DNA of 64,000 bases from Candidatus Bathyarchaeota archaeon (GTDB lineage Archaea > Thermoproteota > Bathyarchaeia > Bathyarchaeales > Bathycorpusculaceae): assembly GCA_963780185.1 (NCBI GenBank), contig CAWABA010000006.1:480001-544000 (forward strand). The letters run 5' to 3'. Below the pieces are notes generated by a model. That model was not told where the DNA came from. It was given only the letters and a program-made list of their open reading frames with translations, and did not search any database. The position numbers and the translations under genes are program-made. Each line of letters starts with the position of its first letter. Within the stretch, counting starts at the first letter, position 1. This document shows positions 18,331 to 29,360 of the stretch, in pieces.

Positions 18331-21300
18331 GTGCGTACTAAAAAAGTTATGTTAGTTGTGACTCTAATCTGCGTTTTTTCAAGTTTATGCTTAATCGCTT
18401 CATTTAGCCATGTTCTAGGCTCCCAAGGCGTTGCACCGTCAGATTGGCCGATGTTCCACTATGACCTCTCACACGACGGCTACACAACGGAGTCGACTGG
18501 TCCAATGACGAACAATGTGCTTTGGACCCACCCGCTTAACGGTTTTGTAACCTCGGCTCCCGTCGTATCAGGTGGGGTAGTGTACATTGGCTTGGGAGAC
18601 GGATTATACGCCTTCAACGCCTACACTGGAAGCCAAATCTGGCGTTACCAGAACACAGCGGAAAATCCAGCTGACCCAGCCTTCTACCAATGTTGCGTTA
18701 GCGGCGGCGTAGTTTATGCAGGTTCATACGACGGCCAACTATACGCTTTGAACGCCAATACCGGTGCTAAAATTTGGAGTTACCAGACCAGTGGCGGCGC
18801 TGGCTACGAGAGCCAATATGCCGGTGATGTAAGTCAGGCTCCATGCGTTGTCGGCAGCGTAGTTTACTTCGCAGCAGATAACGGGTACGCTTACGCATTA
18901 AATACCGCAAATGGCAATCAGATATGGAGTTCCCAAGTTCCCGGCTCCTACGTATCAGGCGGAATATACACTGTTTATGCTCCTTCTTCGCCTACAGTTG
19001 TGGGCGGTGTCCTCTACATTGGTTCAGCCGGCGGCGCTTTAGACGCTTTTGACGCCTCAAGCGGGACCGAACTTTGGAGTTACTCGACTAGCGGCGCACA
19101 AGGTGTCACATCAACTCCTGCCGTCGTTGGCGGAGTCGTTTACTTTGGTTCTTCTGATAGCAAAGTGTATGCTTTGGCTGCTGGAACAACCTCCTCCACA
19201 GGGACCTCTTTGGCGTGGAGTTACACGACGGGTGGCGCGGTCCGGTCTTCTCCCGCTGTGGCTAACGGGGTAGTGTACATCGGCAGCACAGACGGCAAAC
19301 TCTATGCTCTTAACGCTAATACTGGCGCTAAAATTTGGAGTTACCAGACACCCATGAACCCGACTAATCCAGGTGTCTACAACTGGGTTGATTCTTCCCC
19401 TGCCGTGGCTAACGGAGTGGTTTACTTTGGTTCAGAAAACTATGACGTCTACGCTTTGAATGCTGCTTCAGGTGCACTAATTTGGAGTTACCAAACTCCG
19501 TATGTTGAGCCTTCTTGTCCCGCTATCGCTAGTGGCGTACTGTACATCGGAGGCTATGGCGTATTCGCCTTCGACGGTGTCTCCGCGTCTATTTCTCCAA
19601 GCAGCAGCCGCGTTATGGATGTTGGGCAATCTCAAACTTTCACGCTTTCTGCTTCAGGGGGTTCAGGTTCCCTGAGTTATGAATGGTACGTTAACGGCGC
19701 CGACACTGGACAAACAGGCTCCACCTACACCTTCAACGCTGTGACTTCAAACGTTGGAACCGACAACATTTACGCGGTCGCCACAGACGGTTTGGGTGTG
19801 ACTGGGCAGTCTAACACTGCGACCGTAACGGTGAACGCCGCTCCAAGCGCCACGGTGTCTCCCAGTTCAAGCGCGGTGGATTGGCGTGACGGTCACCAGA
19901 TAACCTATACGGTTACCCCATCGGGCGGCTCAGGCAAACTGAGCTATCAATGGTACCAGGACAACTCACAAATAGACGGACAAACAAGCACCACATACCT
20001 AAGTTATGCTTCCTACAACAGTGTTGGCTCACACACCGTTTACTGCACAGTAACCGACAGCGCCACAACCCCAGTCACAGCCAACTCAAACACCGCTGAC
20101 TTCACAGTGAACCCACAACTCAGCGTAACCGTTTCGCCCAGCTCCGCAACCACTCCCTCGTCCGTCACCGTTGACCCAGGTCAATCAGCCACCTTCACCG
20201 CCACGCCCTCGGGAGGCTCAGGCGCCTACACATACCAATGGTACGTTGATAGCTCGGCGCAGGGAACCGTAACATCCTCTAATACTCTCAGCTACAGCAC
20301 AACTACACCTGGACAACACAACGTTTGGGTAGGAGTGTACGACGGCATAAGCACAGCGAGCTTCTACAGCACCGCAAACCTCAACGTTAACTACCCGCCC
20401 TCCGCGACCATTTCGCCATCCTATGCTAATATAGACGTCGGACAGCAACAACAATTCTCTATCTCATCCATGACTGGCGGTGAGTGGCCATTCACTTACG
20501 AATGGTACGTTAACGGAGTCGACACAGGACAATCAGGCTACACGTTCACCTATACTGCCCAAGCCTCAGACGTCAGCAGCCCACCAACCATCACCGTGGT
20601 ACCCACCGACAGCTTCGGCTTAGCAGGAGACTCAAACAGCGTAACCTTGACGGTGTACCCAGCCCTGAGCGTATCCATCACGCCTGCCTCATGGACGATG
20701 AACGTTAGGCAACTGCAAACGTTCCTGGCTTCCTCTTCCGGCGGCACAGGAACAACAACCTACGAGTGGTGGGTTAACGGTGTTGACAGCGGAATGTCAG
20801 GGGCAACTTTCGACTACACCGCCCAACCCTCCGACGTCAACAGTCCACCAAGCATCTACGCGGTTGCAACCGACACCGCCAACGGACAAGCAACCTCCAA
20901 CACCGTAGCAGTCACGGTTAACCCAGCGGAAAACGTAGGTTCAACTGCAGGCGCCTCAGCCCCCGTAACAAGCGGCTCAGTAACAGTTGACCAATCGGCG
21001 TCGACGGGCGTCTCCGCAACGGTCACGGGAACCTCACTGCAAAACGGCGAAACCTTGGATGTTAACTCCGCCTACTATGGCAGCAACCAGCCGTCGGGCA
21101 CGGGCGCGGTTTCCGTAGGCGGCGCAGTTTTCTTTGATGTCGCTGTGTCGCAGGCAGGAGGCGCAGCCTTAGGCTCCGACGTTACAGTCACGGTTAGCTT
21201 CACTGACCCCAGCATAACCAGCTCCAGCGTCATCCAATACTGGGACAGCGCCAGTAGCAGTTGGGTGCAGGTCGTGACGACCTTCGCCGCTCCAGATACC

Positions 21301-22044
21301 GTGTCAGGAAGCATCCCCGCCGACGACTTAACCGGCACCACAATCGCAGTCGGCTACTCCTCTAATGTCCCCAGTGTCACTGTTTCCCCAAGCACTTGGA
21401 CTATGGATGTTGGACAGGCTCAAACGTTCACAGCAACAGCCTTTGGCGGTTCAGGTTCATACACGGGTTACCAGTGGTATGTGAATGGGGCTGCTCAGAA
21501 TGGCCAGACGGCATCAACGTTTAATTATTCTTCTGGTTCCGCGGGTTCTTACTCGATTACTGCGACGGTCACTGACAGTTCAAGCACGACTTCGGCTCAA
21601 TCCACCGCTACAACGGTTACGGTGAATGCTGCTCCGACTGTAAGCATCGCTCCTGCTGGTTCGCTCTCTTTGAATGTTGGTCAGGTTCAGGCGTTTACTG
21701 CTACTGTTTCTGGCGGTTCTGGCTCCATCTCTTATCAGTGGTATTTGGATGGGGCTGCGGTTGGCTCTAACAGTGCAAGCTACTCTTATACTGCTGCGGG
21801 GACTTCGCATACGGTTACTTGTCAGGTGACCGATAGTGCATCCGCTCCGGTGACCTCTCCTGTTTCCAACGTGGTTTCTGTCACGGTGTCATCTGCCATT
21901 CCAGAGTCTCCCGAACTATTGCTAGGAATTGCGTTGGTTTTCTCAACAATCATAGCCTTGTCGGGGTTATCACTGAAAAGAAGAAAACAACCATGTAAAA
22001 TCCAAGGTGTCCTTATTCGAAAAAACCAGCATGGGAAACAATAG
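18331..22044 (+). CDS. Surface protein: PQQ-like beta-propeller, multiple Ig/PKD-like repeats and PE-CTERM-like anchor
   Basis: DWPMFHYD, repeated SSPAV.NGVVY.GS.D..LYALNA.TG..IW, repeated A.GG.G...YQWYV and IPESP-TM-KRRK. GTG start at 18331 follows GGAGAGGAG. Confidence 0.9.
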   Translation: MRTKKVMLVVTLICVFSSLCLIASFSHVLGSQGVAPSDWPMFHYDLSHDGYTTESTGPMTNNVLWTHPLNGFVTSAPVVSGGVVYIGLGDGLYAFNAYTGSQIWRYQNTAENPADPAFYQCCVSGGVVYAGSYDGQLYALNANTGAKIWSYQTSGGAGYESQYAGDVSQAPCVVGSVVYFAADNGYAYALNTANGNQIWSSQVPGSYVSGGIYTVYAPSSPTVVGGVLYIGSAGGALDAFDASSGTELWSYSTSGAQGVTSTPAVVGGVVYFGSSDSKVYALAAGTTSSTGTSLAWSYTTGGAVRSSPAVANGVVYIGSTDGKLYALNANTGAKIWSYQTPMNPTNPGVYNWVDSSPAVANGVVYFGSENYDVYALNAASGALIWSYQTPYVEPSCPAIASGVLYIGGYGVFAFDGVSASISPSSSRVMDVGQSQTFTLSASGGSGSLSYEWYVNGADTGQTGSTYTFNAVTSNVGTDNIYAVATDGLGVTGQSNTATVTVNAAPSATVSPSSSAVDWRDGHQITYTVTPSGGSGKLSYQWYQDNSQIDGQTSTTYLSYASYNSVGSHTVYCTVTDSATTPVTANSNTADFTVNPQLSVTVSPSSATTPSSVTVDPGQSATFTATPSGGSGAYTYQWYVDSSAQGTVTSSNTLSYSTTTPGQHNVWVGVYDGISTASFYSTANLNVNYPPSATISPSYANIDVGQQQQFSISSMTGGEWPFTYEWYVNGVDTGQSGYTFTYTAQASDVSSPPTITVVPTDSFGLAGDSNSVTLTVYPALSVSITPASWTMNVRQLQTFLASSSGGTGTTTYEWWVNGVDSGMSGATFDYTAQPSDVNSPPSIYAVATDTANGQATSNTVAVTVNPAENVGSTAGASAPVTSGSVTVDQSASTGVSATVTGTSLQNGETLDVNSAYYGSNQPSGTGAVSVGGAVFFDVAVSQAGGAALGSDVTVTVSFTDPSITSSSVIQYWDSASSSWVQVVTTFAAPDTVSGSIPADDLTGTTIAVGYSSNVPSVTVSPSTWTMDVGQAQTFTATAFGGSGSYTGYQWYVNGAAQNGQTASTFNYSSGSAGSYSITATVTDSSSTTSAQSTATTVTVNAAPTVSIAPAGSLSLNVGQVQAFTATVSGGSGSISYQWYLDGAAVGSNSASYSYTAAGTSHTVTCQVTDSASAPVTSPVSNVVSVTVSSAIPESPELLLGIALVFSTIIALSGLSLKRRKQPCKIQGVLIRKNQHGKQ

Positions 22045-22469
22045 TGGACACACGGTTATAGCGTAGGAAAATTGAGTTGATAAATGTGAGATATTATGAA
22101 TGAAAAGCAAGAATTAGAACCCATTAATTTGCTAAAAGATAATTCCAAAAAAAACTTAATCAATCGATGAAAAGTTGGACAGTATAATCCATTTAAATCC
22201 TCAACCTTTGCCACCATAGAAATTGTTTGCTGACATCCCGACAAGCGCTTGAATAATCGATCTTTGGGGATGCAACAAAACAACTTCTTATCACCCATCA
22301 TTCAATAACACTACTTTACAAGAAAAAAGCAGACGAAAAACACGAACTCGGCTGCGTTAGAAACTGAAGCATTGAACGAAAGCCTCAGGCACAAGAACAT
22401 TGACAAAATGCGTAACAGAACCCTTATACCTAAACCTGCACTAAAGAGGCAACATTTGAGGAAGAAGAT

Positions 22470-22646
22470 ATGGCGGAAGAGGGAAACAACAACCATTTCT
22501 ACAAGTGCCCCCACTGCGCATGCGTATTCTTAACTTCGGCTGACCTGCAGAAACACATGAACCGCTTCGGCGACCGCAAAGAAGAACACGAATTTTCTTA
22601 CCGCAAAACACACGGAAGACTAGAACACGGGTACGGAGAAGAGTAA
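22470..22646 (+). CDS. Small C2H2-type zinc-finger protein (58 aa)
   Basis: MAEEGNNNHFYKCPHCACVFLTSADLQKHMNRFGDRKEEH... matches Y-x-C-x2-C-x3-F-x5-L-x2-H. Confidence 0.75.
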   Translation: MAEEGNNNHFYKCPHCACVFLTSADLQKHMNRFGDRKEEHEFSYRKTHGRLEHGYGEE

Positions 22647-22694
22647 ACTCACGCTAAAAGTCTTTATAGCAATTCCACGTAAGAATAACCTTAA

Positions 22695-22995
22695 ATGAAA
22701 TCGCTAAAACAAATTAAACTGCAGCTAGGAAGCTTTAAAGCCGGCACTAGCAGATCGTTTTTCAGTTCAAACCCTCGAGTTATTCGGCTCTTATGTTCGA
22801 GGGGAACAAACTGAAAAAAGCGACATAGATATTCTTGTTACATTTGAAGAGCCAAACGATGTTGACCTTTTTAAATTCATTGAGTTGAGGCTTTTTCTTA
22901 AAGACGAACTAGGCATTGATGTTGATTTAACTGAAAAGGACACTGTTAAACCCAGAATTAAAGCAAGGGTTCTTGAAGAGGCAGTTAAGATTTGA
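22695..22995 (+). CDS. Minimal nucleotidyltransferase (MNT antitoxin); frameshift near 22730
   Basis: MKSLKQIKLQL / EALKPALADRFSVQTLELFGSYVRGEQTEKSDIDILV...LGIDVDL...EEAVKI*; GS and DxD motifs. Confidence 0.85.
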
Positions 22996-23030
22996 AAAAA
23001 GACTATACAATCTACTTAGAGGGCACGTAA
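22992..23030 (+). pseudogene. Stub of HEPN/DUF86 toxin (12 codons)
   Basis: TTG overlapping the MNT stop gives MKKDYTIYLEGT*, which resembles DUF86 N-termini; no continuation is visible. Confidence 0.55.
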
Positions 23031-23146
23031 TTTTTCAACCTTTCGAAAGGGCAATTTTTCATTTGCTTCGAACATGCTTTCACCATGCTTTTGGAACCGA
23101 AACCTCTAAATGCAGTCACATAACTATTTTTTCGAAAGCTCAGCTT

Positions 23147-23221
23147 GGGCCGGTAGATCAGCTCGGTATGATCGCCGCGTTCGCAACGCGGAAGCCGCGG
23201 GTTCAAATCCCGCCCGGTCCA
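23147..23221 (+). tRNA. tRNA-Ala(CGC), CCA not encoded
   Basis: Acceptor stem GGGCCGG/CCGGTCC-A with the G3.U70 pair; anticodon arm CCGCG-TTCGCAA-CGCGG; T-loop TTCAAAT. Confidence 0.96.
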
Positions 23222-23306
23222 TAATGCGGTCTGAACCCGTTTCGGTTCAAATCCCACAGAGCCGCAAACCCTTAAAAATGTCAAGTAAACATGGGAAAAA
23301 TCCGAT

Positions 23307-24037
23307 CTATTCTCTTGCTTCTTCAAGAAATCTTCGTTGTAAGACTATTCCTGAGTCGTTGAGGATCTGAATTAGTTGCTTTTCAGGTTCTATTATTGCA
23401 TAGTGACGTTCTTGTTGAGAGCTATCTATTCTAACCACCGTCGTTGGTCCGATTGGGGAAACGGTGTATCCACAGTCGAGATGGAGATGACCGCTTAATG
23501 CGAGATTAGGTTTACTAACTTCTACCGCTTTTCGTGCTGCTTCTGTTCCCACTGTTCGGGTTATCCTGTCTCCATAATCAGGCAGCACAGGACTTTCATG
23601 AGTGCATAAGACATTGACGTCTCTAAGACATTCAGCAATTTGCACAAAAAGAACTGAGAAGTCTTTCTTGGAACGCCTTCTTTTTCAGAGTGCTTTTCAT
23701 TGACTATTCCATTGATGAAACCGAACCGCAATCCGCATATTTCCCTAATCTCCCCATCTTCAGCCAAGACCTTGGAACCATCAACATTTCTTAAAGATCT
23801 TAGCAAATGGAAGTTGTCATGGTTCCCATAAACGGCATGAATCTCAACCTTCTCAAGAAGCTCTTCCCAATCTTCACGTTTCCACGCATAACCCCAATCA
23901 CCTAAACCCACCAAAACTTCTGGTTGCGTTTTGTCTACGATCTTATGCAGCCATTTGAGAGACATTGATTGATCAACTCCCTTATGCAAACCCATTTCGA
24001 AGTGAAGATCGCTAATTACCAAAATCCGATTAGCCAT
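23307..24037 (-). CDS. Calcineurin-like metallophosphoesterase; frameshift near 23645
   Basis: ISDLH, GLGD, GNHD / THE and SGHLH motifs across two ORFs. Confidence 0.88.
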
Positions 24038-24182
24038 AATTGGATATTTTAAATTAATCCAAATATATGATTTGTTAATCAGAATAGAATGCTAAATTGT
24101 TACTGAACGGAGCCATTTTCTTTGAAAATGCTAAAGCATGCTATATCTGATTTTTATATTGAATAGAGACACTTGATAACGT

Positions 24183-24796
24183 ATGTTTGAGTACCTGTAG
24201 CTTTGTTGCCGCCATTGCCACGTTGTTCGCCGCATTTGCCTACATATGCTCGATGTTTAGAGGCAGCGCTAAACCTAACAGAATATCTTGGCTTATGCTG
24301 TGCTATCGCTCCTTTCATCGCAACTGCAGCCGCTGTATCCACTGGTGTTGGTTGGTCAGTTTTACCAGTGTTCATGTCTGGTTTTGCACCATTTCTAATA
24401 TTTACTGCTTCGTTTTCTACCAAGAAAGCCAATTGGAAACTCACGACATTTGACTATGTCTGCGGAATAGTCTCAGGGCTTGCCTTAGTCCTTTGGTACT
24501 TCACTAAGGACGCCAATGTTGCAATTGTTTTCGCAATAGCCAGCGACGGAATAGCTTCTATACCAACTCTAACAAAGGCAGTTAGATATCCAGATACGGA
24601 GTCAGCTTGGCCATTCATAACAGGTGCCTTTGGAGCAATCTCAAGTTTTGCGGTTGCGAGACTTTGGACCTTCTCGGAATATGCCTTTCCAGCATACTTA
24701 CTGATAATAAATGTTGCACTCTTTTCGTCAATTTATAGTAAACAATTGATCTCACTGTTGAAAAGTCTAACCCGATCCAGGTCAAACAATAAATAA
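24183..24796 (+). CDS. Multi-pass membrane protein, frameshifted
   Basis: Joined frames read AYICSMFRGSAKPNRISWLM / AIAPFIA...IPTLTKAVRYPDTES, with about 6-7 hydrophobic segments. Confidence 0.7.
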
Positions 24797-25115
24797 ATCT
24801 GAACAAGAGAGTTCAGCCTTTGGCTTGACTTTCTTCAAATTCCACGCAATCAAAACATCAAAATAGGTTAAGTTCTTTTTTGACCACGTGCAAGATTTTG
24901 AGTTATAACTGGTTACCCAGAAGGAAAAAGGATGTCTGAAACTAAAATTCAACTGCAAGAGAATAATGAAATTGCTCAGACTTGAAAAAACCAACTTTGC
25001 TGAGAATCGCCAACATATTAAAAGGGAAACTGCTAAGCCCGATAACAATTAAAATTTTTACAAATTATGCAATTCAGATCTTTCCTAAGATAATTGTCTT
25101 CTTTAATACGTGTCT

Positions 25116-26224
25116 TCAAAAGATTAACTCGGTGCATTTTTCAATAGGATGTGCGTCTATGTCGATATCGTTTCGTTTAATGATACCTTTTTTCAGCATT
25201 TCCTCGATAGATGGTATTACATTCTTTGAGCAAATTTACTGCGATTCTCTCCAAATCACAGTAGAAATGTAGTTTTTCGTCTGGATAGTATAACAACTGA
25301 GGCAAGCATCTACCGCCGCAGACAAAGCGTATTTCGCAATCTACACAGTCCTTTCTAAAATCTAAGCATTTTGATTTATCAGGAAATTGGACTCCGGTGA
25401 AGATACTTCCAACTTTAAACTCTTGTTTTCCAAGTAACTTATCACACATATAGCATTGTCCATCGGTATCTACATAAACGATCGATGAACCAACTCCGCA
25501 TCATAGGGCGATCTTCGCTCAATCTTTGGAATAATAATGCGCTAACTATAGCTTGAAATGGTACAATATTTTTTACGATTCCTTTTCGCATTTCGTCCAT
25601 CCAATACTGAATAAGTTCCTTTAAATCATAAGCAAAGTGATTCTTGAATTCTCCTAAAAGTCCAGATGATGGCGTTAAAGCATCATTTTCGATCTGACAG
25701 TATACATAATCAAATGAATTAATTACTCCTAGGATAGCTCTGGAGATAGAGGCGTTATAAGAAAGTGGTATTGTTATTCTTGCTAATATTGATGCTTTTG
25801 TGAGAGGTTTAATTTCTAAAACATTTTTCATTATTGCATCAAAAGACCCTTGACCTCCTCGATAGTTGTCTTGAATGTTTAGGTCGCCGTCTATTGAAAC
25901 AAAGATATAATCTAAACTTTTTAGAATTTGAGAATCTACTTGATTAAGAAGGGAACCGTTTGTATGGAGCAGATACTTTAAGCCTTGGCCTTGAGTCTTG
26001 GCCATAAAATCTCGAATAAAACTTTGGTCCATTAGCGGCTCTCCGCCATAAAACACAATCGTCTTCTCTTCATTTTTACAATGCTTGTCTGCTAGGACGT
26101 AATTAACCGTTTCATGAATATTAGGAGTGGTTTTGGATGACCCTGATTGCTTGGCTATAGATAGAACGTCACAATACTTGCACTGGTAATTACAATTCTT
26201 CGTTACATAAATGTAATATTCCAC
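25116..26224 (-). CDS. Radical SAM/SPASM protein resembling the archaeal AF0577-type putative peptide-modifying family; two frameshifts
   Basis: CNYQCKYC, FYGGEP, HTNG, VSIDG; SPASM region CGVG...DGQCYMC...CVDCEIRFVCGGRC; the shifted C-terminus ends ...EKCTELIF* at 25116. Confidence 0.85.
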
Positions 26225-26229
26225 TTAAT

Positions 26230-27370
26230 TCATTGCACTCCTTCCCAACTCTCTTCTAGCAGTTTCTTCAGTCCTGTAAAACTTATTGGAGCCGGATTAA
26301 TTTTTGGAAGCAAATACTCGTACTGTCTTTGTTCAAAAATGATTTTCGCTGTTTCCTCAAGAGCTCCATAAGGCACTCCCATACGTTTGTAGCCACCTTC
26401 CAAACCCAAGATTTTCACCAAAGCTTTCAAACTCGGAACAACAGAAAATTCGTTAGCTAAGCCAAACCGTTGCGCTAGATACCTTAACCTTATGCGGCTA
26501 GCCTCTAGATTGAACTCTACCATGAATGGTAGAACGGCTGCCACTGCTTTTCCATGTGGGATTCCAAATTTTGGACCTATTATCTCGGCGATACAATGAC
26601 CTATATTTACGTCTGCAGGAGTACTTGTCGCTACTCCAGACAGCGAAGCAGCTAATGACATACCATCTAAAGCTTCATCATCCTCTCTATTTTCAATTGC
26701 TCTTTCGAGCCAGCGAAAACATAGTTCTGCAGCAGTGGTGGCAAACATGTTAGAAAAAGGGGTAGCCAACAAGGATAAGTAAGCCTCAAGACCTGTTGAA
26801 AGAACATCAATTCCACTAAAAGCTGCCACTTCTTTTGGGCAAGACCGAGTGAGTTGAGAGTCAACAATTGCAACATCGGCGACCACATCATCACCGCAGA
26901 CAAAGTGTTTCATGCCGTCATCGCCTTCTATGACTGCAGATGATGACATTTCACTTCCTGAACCTGCAGTTGTAGGAATAAGAATCTTGCGAAGAGGCGG
27001 GGCTTTCCTCATTGAGGTAAAGTAGTCCGTTATTAGTCCTTCGTTAGTTGCCATTATGGACGCAACTTTTCCAATGTCGAGAGTGCTGCCGCCACCTAAT
27101 GCGATAATCGAATCGAACCTACTTTCCCTGAACTTTTTCTGTGACCATCGAGGCTAATTGTATTGTCGGCTCGCCTAAGAATCCGGAGAAGACTTCCGCC
27201 CTTGAAGGCATCTTTTGCAACAACAGATCACAGAGACCAGTTTTACGTACTCCCTCATCGCTTATTATAAGTGGATTGTTTAACTTTAGTTGATTCATTA
27301 CATCTGTGACTTTGTTAATGGCACCCTGACCAAATATGAAAAGTTTGGGTTGTTGAGACTCAAGTATCAT
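26230..27370 (-). CDS. Iron-containing (group III) alcohol dehydrogenase; frameshift near 27130
   Basis: FGQGA, GEPT, ALGGGSTLDIGK, IPTTAGSGSE and GHCIAE...IPHG. Confidence 0.9.
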
Positions 27371-27635
27371 AGTTAAAATGGATTGATTAAATTGCTTATA
27401 CGCATTACTTTCCTTGGGAGTTCTAATTTAACAACTCATGGCGCAAGTTGGCTTATCTAATTCAGTTAAATCTTTATTTAATTTATTCTAAACCTTTGAA
27501 GTTGATGTTGATAACAGAATCATCTTTCATTATATCCAAAGATTGTAATATTTTGAAGATAATTACGACTAATGGCTTTAGTATAGTTAAAGTATCTAAA
27601 AACTTATAATCAACTTCAAATCAAAGGATTAATTC

Positions 27636-29295
27636 ATGTCCTCACTTCCCTTCGAAGTTGCCTCAGGCGGATATGTTTTAGGGATAGGATTCGATCTTTT
27701 AGGTCGACTTAGAAAAAACATAACAATATCGTGGAAAGATTTCTCGGCGCATTTATCGGACACTCCTCTCGACGAAATCAAATGTGAACAAATTCGCGAT
27801 TTTTCGCCCCAGCTTGCTCGTTTTAATATTCAGGAATTTGCTATGCAGAAAGCAATTAGAGAATGGCCGGATGAGTTTTTGTTAAGACTTTACAGGCGAA
27901 AGAACCTAGTAATGACAGAAAAGGGCTTGAAAGGTTATGTTACCATAAAAATATTTGACGAAGACATAACTTTATATGACCTTCTTTCTAACCGAATATG
28001 CGATAGAAAAGTTATTCAATATTCGGATGATTTTGAGCAAGTTAGGGATTATCCTTTTGTAAAAGGAAAGGAACACAAAATAGACAGTTCCTTCAAGACG
28101 AGAATTAGAGTTTATTTACATATTAATCTTAAAGAAAAAGGCACATCTCGTGATGACTGGGAGGTTTCACGAGTCGCGAACATATCAGCTTTTGTCGAAC
28201 ATATGCCGGCAAAGGGCGAATCCTTTGATTACCACACATTTCTGAAGAACATTCGTTCTTTTTACGTAAGCTTAAATGATAACAACATTAGGAATTTGAT
28301 TAGGAAGGAAGAAATAGGTCTCTTACGAACTCACTTGCTGCAAGGCGAGTTTAGACCTCCGGAATTCCCCGAGGAGACGCCCTTGTTTGATCTTTATAGC
28401 TTTCTCGCTTACATCGCCTGGGCAAACGTCATTAAGAAAACTAGAGAATTAGTTATTGAAAAAAGCCGAATAGTGTCCAAGAAAGATGATTACTCTAAAG
28501 AATACCTTGATCTAAAACCTTTCATTCAAACGTTGCAAGAATCTAGAACCTGATGCTTCATTTGAGATAGTGAGTATCAAACTTCTCAAAACGCCTCCCC
28601 AATTTGGCTCGCTATCTTTGAAAGAATCCTCGCAAGATTGGGTAAATTTCGTAACAGATTTTTTGGTTGATACAAAAAATGTCACTGGTTCATACTTGGA
28701 GGGAATTCGGAGAAAGGTCAAGTGTGAAACAATTTTCACGAGTCAAAATGAATACTTTTTTGAGAATAATGCCTTATACTTTTCCAATTTTGACGAAGAT
28801 CCAGATGAGGCTTTCTATCAAGATTTCAGGGTTGATTTTGAAGAATGGGGACACAGGAGTTCTCGTAGCTGGGCAATCATGCTCGTTGATATGCTTTGCT
28901 CTTTATCAGAGACTTTCCTTCTTCATAATGCAGAAATTGAAAAGCATGTGGATGACAATCAGAAGATACCGAAAATGCGGTGGCTTGCCCAAAAAACAAT
29001 TGGTAAAGACCAAGCATCTGAGATGCGAAGACTCACTCAAGAAGCAATGAAAGACTTTCGCTCATACTATGATGTCGATATTCTAGCTAATTCGTTCTAT
29101 AAAGAAAGCTTTGAAACAGCTAAATTTACGTTTAAAATAGACTCTTATTATAAAAGGTTGCAGGAAAGACTAGAGTTGTTTTCAAATTTTGAAATAGCTT
29201 CTGAAAATGCGTCATTAAACAAAAGAATACTGTTATTGACCATTTTAGTCACTGTAATTGGCGTGTTAGAATTACTCTTTTCTCTTTTGAAATAA
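27636..29295 (+). CDS. Hypothetical ~550-aa protein with C-terminal TM helix (two ORFs, probably one frameshifted gene)
   Basis: The second frame is open from 28516 and overlaps the first ORF's end. It ends in a coiled-coil plus RILLLTILVTVIGVLELLF. Confidence 0.6.
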
Positions 29296-29360
29296 TGGAT
29301 GAAAAAGATCAAATGAATAAACATCATATCATAACATGATTTCAGGATCCGTGGGTCGAC

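Noticed and set aside
18762-19350. Near-identical DNA repeats in the PQQ propeller gene as a DGR template/variable pair
   Set aside because: They are ordinary blade repeats with no adenine-specific differences, and there is no reverse transcriptase in the window.
22056-22301. AT-rich 81-aa minus-strand ORF
   Set aside because: No recognisable motif; it cannot be supported as a gene.
28551-28553. TGA as a selenocysteine or readthrough codon joining two island ORFs
   Set aside because: The downstream ORF is in a different frame and another in-frame TGA follows; a frameshift explains it better.
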